Positions 27,652 to 37,289 of a stretch of DNA of 64,000 nucleotides are shown here, in pieces. The translations under genes were made by a program, and so were the position numbers. Position 1 is the stretch's first letter. Every line of letters starts with the position of its first letter. The notes below the pieces were generated by a model. The model made no database searches and was not told the origin of the DNA. It was given only the letters and a program-made list of their open reading frames with translations. The DNA is from Paracoccaceae bacterium (GTDB lineage: Bacteria > Pseudomonadota > Alphaproteobacteria > Rhodobacterales > Rhodobacteraceae), in assembly GCA_039984715.1 (NCBI GenBank), contig JBDWUA010000001.1, forward strand, positions 43,314 to 107,313, read 5' to 3'.

Positions 27652-29994
27652 ATGACAGTCAAAGACATCTTTGAAAGCATGGAATACGGCCTGGCTCCTG
27701 AAAGCACGACCGAGGCCCAAAGCTGGTTGGATTCGCATAATCGCAAATTCGGTCATTTCATCGACGGCGCGTTTACAAAAGCAGGCAAAGGATTTCCCAG
27801 TACGAACCCGGCCAACGGGAAAAACCTTGCTCAAGTATCGCAAGCCAAACAATCCGATGTGGATGCCGCAGTTGCGGCTGCCCGCAAGGCGCAAGGGACA
27901 TGGCAAAAGCTGGGTGGGCATGGGCGTGCGCGCGTTCTTTATGCGATTGCGCGTGTTTTGCAAAAACACAGCCGTTTGTTTGCAGTGCTTGAGAGCCTCG
28001 ATAATGGGAAGCCCATTCGCGAAAGCCGTGACATCGATATTCCACTGGCGCAGCGCCATTTCTATTACCACGCAGGTATGGCGCAATTGATGGATGCGGA
28101 ATTGCCTGATCGCCAAGCCTTGGGTGTGTGTGGGCAAATCGTGCCGTGGAACTTCCCGCTTTTGATGCTGGCATGGAAAGTCGCGCCTGCATTGGCGATG
28201 GGGAACACGGTTGTTCTGAAACCTGCGGAATACACATCGCTGACGGCATTGTTGTTTGCGGATATCTGCAAAGAAGCAGGCGTGCCCAAAGGGGTCGTGA
28301 ATATCGTCACCGGCGACGGGGCCGTGGGTGAAATGATCGTGGCATCGGATGTCGACAAGGTCGCGTTTACCGGATCAACATCTGTGGGGCGTCGCATTCG
28401 CGAAGCAACGGCAGGCAGCGGCAAGGCGTTAACGCTCGAGCTGGGGGGGAAATCGCCCTATATCGTGTTTGACGATGCGGATATCGACAGCGCAATCGAA
28501 GGGCTTGTTGACGCCATTTGGTTCAATCAAGGGCAGGTGTGCTGTGCCGGGTCGCGTTTGTTGGTGCATGAGCCGATTGCAGATGCGTTTTATACCAAGC
28601 TGCGCACACGGATGAACAAACTGCGTGTCGGTGATCCACTGGACAAGTCGATTGATGTGGGGGCTGTTGTCGACCCCGTGCAGCTTGCCGCCATCAAAGG
28701 CATGGTCGAAGCCAATACAGCAGGTGAAACGTTTCAGGCATCGGTCGAACTGCCAAACATCGGGAGCTTTTATCCGCCGACGCTGATCACCGGTTTGAAT
28801 ACCGCTGACACATTGATGCAAGAAGAGATTTTTGGACCTGTTTTGGTATCAACGACATTCCGCACGCCTGCCGAGGCTGTGCAATTGGCCAACAACACGC
28901 GCTATGGGCTTGCCGCCACAGTCTGGACGGAGAACGTCAACCTTGCCTTGGACATTGCACCAAAGCTTGTGGCCGGTGTGGTGTGGGTCAACGCAACGAA
29001 CCTGTTCGATGCAGCCGCTGGTTTTGGTGGCGTCCGAGAAAGCGGGTTTGGTCGCGAAGGCGGGTGGGAAGGCTTGCAGGCCTACACACGTCCCAAAGGC
29101 AGCCAAAAGGGGCTGAAACCTATCGCGGCCCTGCAAGGGGACGGTTCGCCAGCGGACCCGTTGGACCGAACCGCGAAAATGTATGTGGGTGGCAAACAAG
29201 CCCGACCCGATGGTGGGTATTCTCGGGCGGTTTATGGCAAGTCTGGCGCGTTGCTGGGCCAAGTCGGGTTGGCCAACCGAAAAGATCTGCGCAATGCGGT
29301 TGAGGCGGCGCAAGCGGCTAAATCCTGGTCTGGAACAACCGGGCATTTGCGCGCCCAGATCCTGTATTACATTGCCGAGAATTTACAGGCGCGCGGTTCA
29401 GAATTCGCGGCACGTTTGGATGCAATGCAAGGTGGGCGCAAAGGGGCTGCCGAAGTCGAAGCCACAGTGCACAGATTGTTCACTTATGCAGCTTGGGCCG
29501 ACAAATACGATGGGCAGGCCAAAGGTGTCCCGATGCGAGGGGTCGCGTTGGCCATGAACGAACCCGTCGGCGTCATCGCGGCGCTGTGCCCGGATGAAGC
29601 ACCGCTTTTGGGCCTTGTTTCATTGATGGCGCCTGCCATTGCGATGGGCAATCGCGTTGTTCTTGCTGCGTCAGAACCATTTCCATTGGCCGCAACGGAT
29701 TTTTATCAAGTCTTAGAAACCTCCGATGTGCTGGGCGGAGTGGTCAATATCTTGACGGGTGCGCATTCTGATCTGACCAGCCATATGGCGTCGCATATGG
29801 ACATTGACGCTGTTTGGTCTTTTTCCGGCAGCGATGCGTCTGGCTCAATCGAACGTGGGGCAGCAAGCAACCTAAAGAGGACTTGGGTCAACAACGCCAA
29901 AGCACGGGATTGGTTCGGAACAGACGGCGAGGGGCGCGAATTCCTGCAAGCCGCAACCGAAGTCAAAACGATCTGGGTGCCATACGGCGAATAA
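27652..29994 (+). CDS. double-length aldehyde dehydrogenase-family protein (complete ALDH + truncated second ALDH-like module)
   Basis: The ATG at 27652 follows AGGAG. The first module has ELGGKSP (LTLELGGKSPYIVF) and the catalytic Cys in FNQGQVCCAGSRLLV. Residues from about 500 on repeat the N-terminal ALDH fold (EPVGVIAALCPDEAPLLG...APAIAMGNRVVL) but lack an equivalent Glu/Cys pair. Confidence 0.85.
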   Translation: MTVKDIFESMEYGLAPESTTEAQSWLDSHNRKFGHFIDGAFTKAGKGFPSTNPANGKNLAQVSQAKQSDVDAAVAAARKAQGTWQKLGGHGRARVLYAIARVLQKHSRLFAVLESLDNGKPIRESRDIDIPLAQRHFYYHAGMAQLMDAELPDRQALGVCGQIVPWNFPLLMLAWKVAPALAMGNTVVLKPAEYTSLTALLFADICKEAGVPKGVVNIVTGDGAVGEMIVASDVDKVAFTGSTSVGRRIREATAGSGKALTLELGGKSPYIVFDDADIDSAIEGLVDAIWFNQGQVCCAGSRLLVHEPIADAFYTKLRTRMNKLRVGDPLDKSIDVGAVVDPVQLAAIKGMVEANTAGETFQASVELPNIGSFYPPTLITGLNTADTLMQEEIFGPVLVSTTFRTPAEAVQLANNTRYGLAATVWTENVNLALDIAPKLVAGVVWVNATNLFDAAAGFGGVRESGFGREGGWEGLQAYTRPKGSQKGLKPIAALQGDGSPADPLDRTAKMYVGGKQARPDGGYSRAVYGKSGALLGQVGLANRKDLRNAVEAAQAAKSWSGTTGHLRAQILYYIAENLQARGSEFAARLDAMQGGRKGAAEVEATVHRLFTYAAWADKYDGQAKGVPMRGVALAMNEPVGVIAALCPDEAPLLGLVSLMAPAIAMGNRVVLAASEPFPLAATDFYQVLETSDVLGGVVNILTGAHSDLTSHMASHMDIDAVWSFSGSDASGSIERGAASNLKRTWVNNAKARDWFGTDGEGREFLQAATEVKTIWVPYGE

Positions 29995-29996
29995 AG

Positions 29997-30026
29997 AAAA
30001 GGCGGAGCACCAGCCCCGCCTTTTTT
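29997..30026. terminator. intrinsic terminator between convergent ALDH and M16 peptidase genes
   Basis: AAAAGGCGG-agcaccagcc-CCGCCTTTTTT starts 3 nt after the ALDH stop. The A-run and T-run on the two sides make it potentially bidirectional. Confidence 0.6.
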
Positions 30027-30039
30027 AATTTTCTGTCCG

Positions 30040-30075
30040 TCCGAGTTTAGTTGGCTGTCCGAGTTTAGTTGGCTG
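30040..30075. repeat. perfect 18-bp tandem duplication spanning the stop codon of the M16 peptidase gene
   Basis: TCCGAGTTTAGTTGGCTG occurs at 30040-30057 and again at 30058-30075. A partial unit (ctgtccg) precedes it at 30033-30039. Confidence 0.85.
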
Positions 30076-31375
30076 AAAGCCCTTCGGGCTTGCCGACGAC
30101 GACAAACATCAGATTGTCTGGCTTCAGCAGATAGGCTGCCACACGGTTCGTATCCTCAAGCGTTACAGCTTCGACTTTTTCATTGCGGGTCGCGATGTAA
30201 TCGATCGGCAGTCCCAGCATTTGCATGCCCACCATAATCCGCGCGATTTGACCGTTGCCCGAAAAATTCAGCGGATACGCACCCGTGACATAGGTTTTGG
30301 CCGCATCCAGTTCTTTCTGAGTGATACCTTCGCTTGCAGCTTTGGCCCATTCGTCCTTGATGACTTCAATGGCTTGGCCGATCCGGTCATTGGCCGACGC
30401 CACCTGACCTTGAACCGTTGCCGCCAAATCTTGCGATGCGAGATACGAATAGACACCGTAAGTGAGGCCACGTTTTTCGCGTACCTCGGTGGTCAGACGG
30501 CTTTCAAATCCGCCAGCCCCCAGAACTTGGTTCAAAATCCGCGCTGCAAAGAAATCAGGGTCATCCTGATCAATGCCAGAGTGACCAAAGATGGCGACAG
30601 ATTGAGGCGTGTCAAATTCAGTAACGTGCAATCCGCCTTCGATTTGCAGATCCGCCTGAACAGGCATAGCCGCCCCGGTATCCGGCAAATCACCCAGCAG
30701 TTTGTCCAGCATCGGACCCAGTTCCTCGGGGGTGATATCGCCAACCGCGCCGACGTAAATGCGATCTTTTGCAAAGACAGCTGAATGTGCGGCGACGATA
30801 TCGTCCCGTGTCAAAGCCTCAACGCTTTCCACAGTACCCTTGAAGGCTGACCCATAGGGATGATCGCCATAGGTTTTTGAATCCCATTCCAACCGCGCGA
30901 TATTGTTTGGATCTTGCGCGTCTGAGCGCAGACCAGACAAGACCTGTTCCCGCACCCGGTCGATATCGGGTTGGTTGAAGCTTGGTTCAAGCAAAGAGCG
31001 CCGCAACAATTCAACGGCTTCGTCCCGATTTTCTGTTAGAAATCGGCCCGATATACGCGCCGCGTCATCACCTGTGTCGTATCCAAAAGACGCCGCCAAT
31101 CCTTCGACTTCTTTCGCAAACCCACGGCTATCAAGATCTCCGGTGCCTTCTTCCAACAATCCAGTCATCAGATAGATCGCACCGCGTTTGTCAGGTGCAT
31201 CCAACGAAGCCCCGCCGCGAAACCGAATTTCCAGTGCCATGAACGGAATGGAGGGTTCTTGGACCAACCACGCTTTGATGCCACCGGGGCTGATGACCTC
31301 TTCGATCTTGACTTCTGCCTGTGCTGGTATGGTCAGGAAAACCAGAGAAAACAGTGTTGCAAATATCCGCATCAT
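30065..31375 (-). CDS. M16-family (pitrilysin-like) peptidase, non-catalytic-type subunit, exported
   Basis: Signal peptide MMRIFATLFSLVFLTIPAQA. It has the M16 fold but no HxxEH motif. ATGA-coupled to the upstream M16 gene. Confidence 0.85.
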   Translation of the reverse strand: MMRIFATLFSLVFLTIPAQAEVKIEEVISPGGIKAWLVQEPSIPFMALEIRFRGGASLDAPDKRGAIYLMTGLLEEGTGDLDSRGFAKEVEGLAASFGYDTGDDAARISGRFLTENRDEAVELLRRSLLEPSFNQPDIDRVREQVLSGLRSDAQDPNNIARLEWDSKTYGDHPYGSAFKGTVESVEALTRDDIVAAHSAVFAKDRIYVGAVGDITPEELGPMLDKLLGDLPDTGAAMPVQADLQIEGGLHVTEFDTPQSVAIFGHSGIDQDDPDFFAARILNQVLGAGGFESRLTTEVREKRGLTYGVYSYLASQDLAATVQGQVASANDRIGQAIEVIKDEWAKAASEGITQKELDAAKTYVTGAYPLNFSGNGQIARIMVGMQMLGLPIDYIATRNEKVEAVTLEDTNRVAAYLLKPDNLMFVVVGKPEGLSAN

Positions 31376-32715
31376 TGAGTCACCTCTTCGTCACGCATTA
31401 ACCAGCCCGTTACGCTGGCACGCTTGTTCATCACAGCACGCGCTGCTTCAATCACATCATCTCCTGTCACGGCTTGCAGAATATTCGGCCAATCTTGGAC
31501 GTCCTGCACGCTGAGACCTGTGGACATTGCCTGCCCATAGCGGTTGCCGATGCTGTCGACATTATCGCGCGCATAGATTTGCGCGGCTTTGAGCTGTTGC
31601 TTGATGCGGGCCAATTGTTCTGCGTCGACGCCGTCTTCGATGAACTGCGCCAAAGTTTCGTCCATCAACGTTTCGGCTTCTTCCAGACTGACACCCGGCG
31701 AGGGGACTACAAGGACATCAAAACTGGTGTCGTCACGCGACGTGCCGCGATAAAACGATCCTGCATACACTGCCTTTTGTGTATCAAACTGCAGTTTCTC
31801 GGCCAGATAGGACGTTGTGCCACCCCCTAAAACCTCAGCCAGAATTGTCAAAGCGGCTGCTTTTTCCTGAGAACCGGGATCACGTTCTGGGGCAGAATAG
31901 GATCGTTGGACATAGGGCTGCGCAACACGTGCATCGCGATAGATGACCCGACGTTCAGCGCGTTGAGGTGGTTCTTGGGTGCGTTCGTATGTGCGTTTTT
32001 CCGGATCAGCCGGAATGACGCCGTAATAGGTTTCGGCCAGCTCGCGCACGTTTCCCGGCGTGACGTCACCAGTGACAACCAAAACCGCATTATTCGGATG
32101 ATAGAAGCGATCATAATACGCCATCGTATTTTCCAGATCGAGCGTTTCCATCTCGTGCATCCAACCAATAATTGGAATGCCGTATCCATGGTTCAGATAC
32201 TGGGCCGCGCTCATCTGTTCGCCAAACAAAGACCGTGGATTGTTTTCTGTGCGTTGATTGCGTTCTTCAATGATCACATCACGTTCGGTCAGAATATCTT
32301 GTTCTGTCAGTCGGATGTTGCGCATCCGGTCCGATTCCATCCGCATCATCAGCTCGAGCCGGTCGGCGGCCACGCGTTGAAAATATGCCGTGTAATCATA
32401 ACTGGTGAATGCGTTGTCATTGCCGCCATTGGCAGCGACCACCGCAGAAAATTCACCAGATTCCAATTTGTCCGTCGCCTTGAACAACAAATGTTCCAGA
32501 AAATGTGCGGCGCCAGACGCGCCGGGTTCTTCGTCAGCGGATCCGGCGCGATACCACACCATATGCTGAACAACAGGGGCACGGTGATCTTCGACGACGA
32601 CGACTTGCATACCGTTATCCAATGAAAACGTCGTGACCTGATCATCTGCGGCTTTAACGGTGACCGGTGTCAGGGCCGTGGCGGCGGCAAATAGAAAGGC
32701 GCGCGCTTTGGTCAT
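31372..32715 (-). CDS. M16-family zinc peptidase, catalytic-type subunit, exported
   Basis: The inverted zinc motif HFLEH (GAAHFLEHLLFK) is present. The ATG at 32715 is preceded by GAGAGGAA and gives MTKARAFLFAAATALTPVTVKA as signal peptide. Confidence 0.85.
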   Translation of the reverse strand: MTKARAFLFAAATALTPVTVKAADDQVTTFSLDNGMQVVVVEDHRAPVVQHMVWYRAGSADEEPGASGAAHFLEHLLFKATDKLESGEFSAVVAANGGNDNAFTSYDYTAYFQRVAADRLELMMRMESDRMRNIRLTEQDILTERDVIIEERNQRTENNPRSLFGEQMSAAQYLNHGYGIPIIGWMHEMETLDLENTMAYYDRFYHPNNAVLVVTGDVTPGNVRELAETYYGVIPADPEKRTYERTQEPPQRAERRVIYRDARVAQPYVQRSYSAPERDPGSQEKAAALTILAEVLGGGTTSYLAEKLQFDTQKAVYAGSFYRGTSRDDTSFDVLVVPSPGVSLEEAETLMDETLAQFIEDGVDAEQLARIKQQLKAAQIYARDNVDSIGNRYGQAMSTGLSVQDVQDWPNILQAVTGDDVIEAARAVMNKRASVTGWLMRDEEVTQ

Positions 32716-32809
32716 TATGGTTCCTCTCGCAAACTGGGCGTGACTCATAGCTACACCGCGCCCTGCTTGGTTCAAGAGGACTGGCGCATTTGTTATAATA
32801 TTAACACGA

Positions 32810-33319
32810 TTAACGTGATGCAGGGGGCGCTGTTGGCGTTACGATCCCGGCGCGCCGGAAAATTCGGGCGACTTTTTCGGGATTGATGGCTTGGCGACGA
32901 TAGGCATCTGCGTACCGATCAACTGGGAACAACTTGATATTCGCAAACCGGGCTTGCCGCTTGCGGAAAGCTGCGTCTTCTTTGGCAAGTTGACTGCGAA
33001 TGTTGGGCGCCACACCTTTTCGGCTTGCATAGCTTACAATGCCTGCATCCGCGCCGGGCACTGGGCCTGACGAAGAAGACCGTTGCCCACCCAGAGACGC
33101 CGCAACATCATCAAGGGGTCTTGGGTCCGTAATGTTCGCGCCACCTGGTGTTGGTTGCGGCAAAGATGAATAGCTTTCCGGTTCCTGCAACGGCAACGGA
33201 GGAGCCACGATAAATTCGTCCGGGCCTTCACCCGGATTGCGCAATTCACGCAGGCTGGGTTCACCACAGGCGCTGAGCATCAGCGCGCTCAGAATGATCA
33301 GCAGGCTTGTGCTGCGCAT
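32810..33319 (-). CDS. DUF3035-family lipoprotein
   Basis: Lipobox LMLSAC follows a signal peptide. GPDEFIVAPPLPLQEP is characteristic. The position between lspA and the M16 pair is conserved in Rhodobacterales. Confidence 0.7.
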   Translation of the reverse strand: MRSTSLLIILSALMLSACGEPSLRELRNPGEGPDEFIVAPPLPLQEPESYSSLPQPTPGGANITDPRPLDDVAASLGGQRSSSSGPVPGADAGIVSYASRKGVAPNIRSQLAKEDAAFRKRQARFANIKLFPVDRYADAYRRQAINPEKVARIFRRAGIVTPTAPPASR

Positions 33320-33370
33320 CGTGCTCTCCTTTAACTTCGGTTGATTAATATCTCAGCCTTTGGTGGATTG

Positions 33371-33844
33371 TCACGCACCCTTTTTCGTCTTGTTTGCGTC
33401 TTGTGCAAAGAATGCCAATCCAATGGCGCCAGCAAAGATAAAGATATCAGCGACATTGAAGGAAAATGGGTTGTTGATCCAACAGCAAGACATGTTGAGA
33501 AAATCTAAAACATAGCCATACCAGATTCTGTCAATGACATTTCCGACAGCCCCACCAATCAACAAACCGCCGCTCATTTGCGCCAGTTTCGGTTGGGGTT
33601 GCCGCATCCACCACAAAACGGTCAAGCAGATAACGGCCGCCAGCCCAACAAAGACCCATGGGTTTACGCCGTTGTTGAACAAACCAAAGTTAATCCCACG
33701 GTTTTCGCCGTAACGAAAATTCAAAAATGGGGGCCAAATCTCGATATACAGCACGCGCCAAAGCTGCATGTCGTGAATAACAACATATTTGCTGATTTGA
33801 TCCAACAAGGCCGCAATCAGCGCGGTGATACCGACAAGTCGCAT
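33371..33844 (-). CDS. lspA: lipoprotein signal peptidase II
   Basis: 157 aa with four TM helices. Motifs NRGINFG, GGAVGNVIDR and FNVADIFIFAGA. Confidence 0.9.
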   Translation of the reverse strand: MRLVGITALIAALLDQISKYVVIHDMQLWRVLYIEIWPPFLNFRYGENRGINFGLFNNGVNPWVFVGLAAVICLTVLWWMRQPQPKLAQMSGGLLIGGAVGNVIDRIWYGYVLDFLNMSCCWINNPFSFNVADIFIFAGAIGLAFFAQDANKTKKGA

Positions 33845-33852
33845 GCGTTCTC

Positions 33853-35439
33853 CTAGTGGCGGAAATGCCGTTGGCCGGTAAAGACCATGGTCAGCCCAAG
33901 TTCGTTCGCTGCGGCGATGACTTCTTCATCTCGCATTGATCCACCGGGTTGAATAAGCGCCGTCGCACCTGCTTCTGCAGCCGTTACAAGCCCATCTGCA
34001 AACGGGAAAAACGCGTCAGATGCCACAGCCGATCCTTGGGTCAACGGCGCCGGCAATCCCATAGCTTCTGCCATATCCAGTGCTTTGCGGGCCGCAATAC
34101 GCGAGCTGTCGACGCGGCTCATTTGTCCGGCTCCGACGCCGACGGTTGCCCCGTCTTTGACATATATAATCGCATTGGATTTTACATGCTTGGCCACGGT
34201 CCAAGCCAAAAGCATATCGTTCATTTCAGTTTCAGTTGGCGCGCGTTCTGTCACGACCTTCAATTGGCTTTTTGTGACGTGCCCAACATCTTTGTCCTGA
34301 ACAAGAAAACCACCGGACACCTGTTTGAAGGCCAGCGCCGCCGTGCGTGGATCTGCCAAACCATCTGTTGTCAGAAGCCGCAGGTTTTTCTTGGATGTGA
34401 AAATCTCGCGGGCTGCGTCATCTGCACTGGGGGCGATGACCACTTCGGTAAAAATTTCGACGATCCTTTGGGCGGTTGCTGCGTCCAAATTTTGGTTTAG
34501 CGCAATGATTCCGCCAAATGCGCTGGTCCGATCACAGTCAAATGCGCGCGTATACGCTTCTTCCAGAGTGGCACCTGTCGCCACGCCACACGGGTTTGCG
34601 TGTTTGATGATGGCACAGGCGGCGCCATCTTCGGGCGCAAATTCGCTGACCAACTCGAAGGCGGCATCTGTGTCGTTGATGTTATTATAGCTCAGCGCCT
34701 TGCCTTGATGCTGTTTTGCGGTCGCGATACCGGGACGGTTTGAACCATCGGTATAGAATGCTGCGTTCTGATGTGGGTTTTCGCCGTACCGCATTTCTTG
34801 GGACAAGGTGCCCGCAAAGGTACGGCGTCTTGGTGTCCCGTCTATTTGCGTTGCCATCCAAGTATTGACCGCAGTGTCATAGGCAGCCGTACGTGCATAT
34901 GCCGTCGCCGCCAGTTTTTGGCGCAAGGCGTAACTTGTTTGGCCGCTGTTCGCAGACAGCTCTTCAAGAAACGGCGCGTAATCTTCCACGTCTGTGATGA
35001 TACTGACAAAGCGGTGGTTTTTCGCCGCAGACCGGATCATCGCAGGGCCGCCGATGTCGATATTTTCGATCATCTCGTCATATCCCGCCTTGCGCGATAA
35101 TGCGTCCTCGAATGGGTAAAGATTGACGACAACCAGATCGATGGGCCCAATGTTGTGCGCGTCCATTGCGTCGGTATGATCAGCCTTGTCACGTAACGCA
35201 AGCAGTCCGCCATGAACCACAGGATGCAGTGTTTTTACACGACCATCCATCATCTCGGGAAAGCCGGTCAGGTCTGAAACATCTTTGACCGTAAGCCCAG
35301 CGTCTCGCAATGTGCGAGCAGTCCCGCCAGTGCTGACCAATTCGATGTCATGCCCGGCCAGTTCCTGGGCAAATTCTACCAGTCCGGTTTTATCAGAAAC
35401 AGACAACAGGGCGCGGCGAAGAGGCGCAAGATCAGTCAT
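33853..35439 (-). CDS. purH: bifunctional AICAR transformylase / IMP cyclohydrolase
   Basis: [31 protein letters not shown] and the C-terminal TGQRHFRH. I use the ATG at 35439, which avoids overlap with the upstream gene. Confidence 0.95.
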   Translation of the reverse strand: MTDLAPLRRALLSVSDKTGLVEFAQELAGHDIELVSTGGTARTLRDAGLTVKDVSDLTGFPEMMDGRVKTLHPVVHGGLLALRDKADHTDAMDAHNIGPIDLVVVNLYPFEDALSRKAGYDEMIENIDIGGPAMIRSAAKNHRFVSIITDVEDYAPFLEELSANSGQTSYALRQKLAATAYARTAAYDTAVNTWMATQIDGTPRRRTFAGTLSQEMRYGENPHQNAAFYTDGSNRPGIATAKQHQGKALSYNNINDTDAAFELVSEFAPEDGAACAIIKHANPCGVATGATLEEAYTRAFDCDRTSAFGGIIALNQNLDAATAQRIVEIFTEVVIAPSADDAAREIFTSKKNLRLLTTDGLADPRTAALAFKQVSGGFLVQDKDVGHVTKSQLKVVTERAPTETEMNDMLLAWTVAKHVKSNAIIYVKDGATVGVGAGQMSRVDSSRIAARKALDMAEAMGLPAPLTQGSAVASDAFFPFADGLVTAAEAGATALIQPGGSMRDEEVIAAANELGLTMVFTGQRHFRH

Positions 35440-35458
35440 TGGCAAAGGGTCCTTTGGT

Positions 35459-37276
35459 TTATCTGGTGCCGTCGTCATTGGACGGTTCATCATCAGGTCT
35501 CAAGTCGCGCACGCCAATGGCAGTTTCTTGCGCTTTGGACAAGGACCACCGGACCCGAGTGGCAAATTGTGTCGCACGCCCAGTCAGTACAATTTGCTGA
35601 GAGGCGCGCGGTTTTAAGCGACGTTGTTCCAGAAAAACACTTGGTTCAAGGCTTAACCGTTGTGTTCCGTCATGCCTGAAGATCCAGATTTCACCTGATT
35701 TAAGAGCCATGGAAATGACAGTTCCGCCCATATCAACGGCCGCATCTACTTCGGGGTGCAAATGAAAACGGATGTCAAATGGGATGCCAGCCAAGCGGCG
35801 TTCGTTCATCGCAGCCTCAAAACGACGTTTTTGCGAATCTTCAATCGCAAGCAGCAAGTCTTCTCCAACCAATCCGCGCCCGTCGAATGTCAGTTCCAAC
35901 GTGCGCGCTTGGGTCAGCCCATGTGTCTTGGCATAGCCATCATGCCCGCCTTGGAATCGCAAACCGTCCGGTGCTTGGCTGACTTCTATCGGAACTTGGT
36001 CCGGCGCTTCGGTCAGCAATTCGCGGCTGGAATCTTTGTCCGATGATCCCAGTCGGGAACTGGAAAACCCATCAAGGCACAAAACGGAATGTGATGGTGT
36101 TGCCCGTCCAGCCCGTCGCCAATCGGGTCCAAACCGAACGCCTGATCCACAATTTACGATCAACGGACGTCGCCCGCTGGTCAGTTCGAAGGCCAGAGTA
36201 GACGCATGCCCGTTTGAGCTGGCTTTGCCGGATGGTGGTTTAGCGGCGTCGACGATGATGCTTGTGCGCCCGGCAGACAAACGTGCATATCCCATCGATA
36301 AGCCGTCTGGTTGGCGCGCTTTGACCCCAGACGCAGCCAATGCGTGATCAAGCCAACCTTCTAAGCCGCGACCACCGCCATGAAACCGGGCAAGCCCCCC
36401 ATCCGAGTGTCGCAAAGTGCGCAGCGTCGGTGCAATCCGTTCAATGGCTTTAAGGTGACTGTCCGGGGTTGTCTTGCCAGCATCGCTTAATGCAGCAGCA
36501 CCCCATGTCAACAATGTGAAAACGTCCAGTAATTCTTCGGGGTTGCGCGTTGGCAATCCACCCTGACCGCCAACTTGGCTGTCACATTCTTTGGCCAAAG
36601 CCGTGATCGCCGGTTCCGCCAGATGGTCCATACCTTCAAGGGCCAACGCGGCATAGATCAATCCAGTCAAGGCCTCAAACCGTGGCAATCCGGGTGCCGT
36701 AGCGTGCCAGCGTTTTGACAGAAACACCGTTTGGTGACCCAATGATCGATAGAACAAATCACTGACCGGGGCGTCCTGTCCGCGCAACAAAAAGAGGGCG
36801 TGGTTTATCCATCGTATCAGGCGACGTCCGGTCAGGTCTGGAGTCCATCCTGGTCCGCTGCCGCGTCCAAACCGATCTATCCAGCCCCATACCCACGATT
36901 GACCCAAGGCGCGTGTGTTCATGTCACCAACTGCGGCCAAGTCATCCAGCCAAGAGAACCCTTGTGTTTCTTCGATCCATGTGGCGTCACGCACATCGAT
37001 ATCCCAAAGCATGCTGTTGGGACCTTGCACAAGGTGACCGGCGAATAGGTAATTTCCTGCCAGCAACTGACGACCGCGCGCAAAACTGCCAATGGTTCTG
37101 GGTTCCGGAGCGGTCCGGAAAGCGGTCACAGAAGACCCTCGCGTTGCGCGCCCTGCGCTCCATCGATTCAATGTCCGCGTCATGTGCGCGGAAAAACCCT
37201 GTGGTGTTGACATGTCTGCCCTGCCTCTACGCGTTTGATGCGCGTTTTCCGGCAAGCATAGACTCGCGAAGGTCAC
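35459..37276 (-). CDS. heparinase II/III-like family protein of unknown role
   Basis: About 600-aa ORF. The position between rsmB and purH, and segments such as [23 protein letters not shown], fit proteins annotated as heparinase II/III-like in Rhodobacterales. The start is uncertain (ATGs at 37276, 37213 and 37183). Confidence 0.6.
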   Translation of the reverse strand: MTFASLCLPENAHQTRRGRADMSTPQGFSAHMTRTLNRWSAGRATRGSSVTAFRTAPEPRTIGSFARGRQLLAGNYLFAGHLVQGPNSMLWDIDVRDATWIEETQGFSWLDDLAAVGDMNTRALGQSWVWGWIDRFGRGSGPGWTPDLTGRRLIRWINHALFLLRGQDAPVSDLFYRSLGHQTVFLSKRWHATAPGLPRFEALTGLIYAALALEGMDHLAEPAITALAKECDSQVGGQGGLPTRNPEELLDVFTLLTWGAAALSDAGKTTPDSHLKAIERIAPTLRTLRHSDGGLARFHGGGRGLEGWLDHALAASGVKARQPDGLSMGYARLSAGRTSIIVDAAKPPSGKASSNGHASTLAFELTSGRRPLIVNCGSGVRFGPDWRRAGRATPSHSVLCLDGFSSSRLGSSDKDSSRELLTEAPDQVPIEVSQAPDGLRFQGGHDGYAKTHGLTQARTLELTFDGRGLVGEDLLLAIEDSQKRRFEAAMNERRLAGIPFDIRFHLHPEVDAAVDMGGTVISMALKSGEIWIFRHDGTQRLSLEPSVFLEQRRLKPRASQQIVLTGRATQFATRVRWSLSKAQETAIGVRDLRPDDEPSNDDGTR

Positions 37277-37289
37277 GAGTCACCGATTT

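Noticed and set aside
27280-28137. 285-aa minus-strand ORF spanning the deoC end, the intergenic region and the ALDH start.
   Set aside because: It overlaps two strongly supported plus-strand genes and has no family resemblance, so I treat it as a shadow ORF. The same reasoning rejects these ORFs:
- 26952-27488
- 30221-30784
- 31906-32625
- 38070-38693
- 39318-39953
- 40409-40972
- 25931-26509
- 52408-52851
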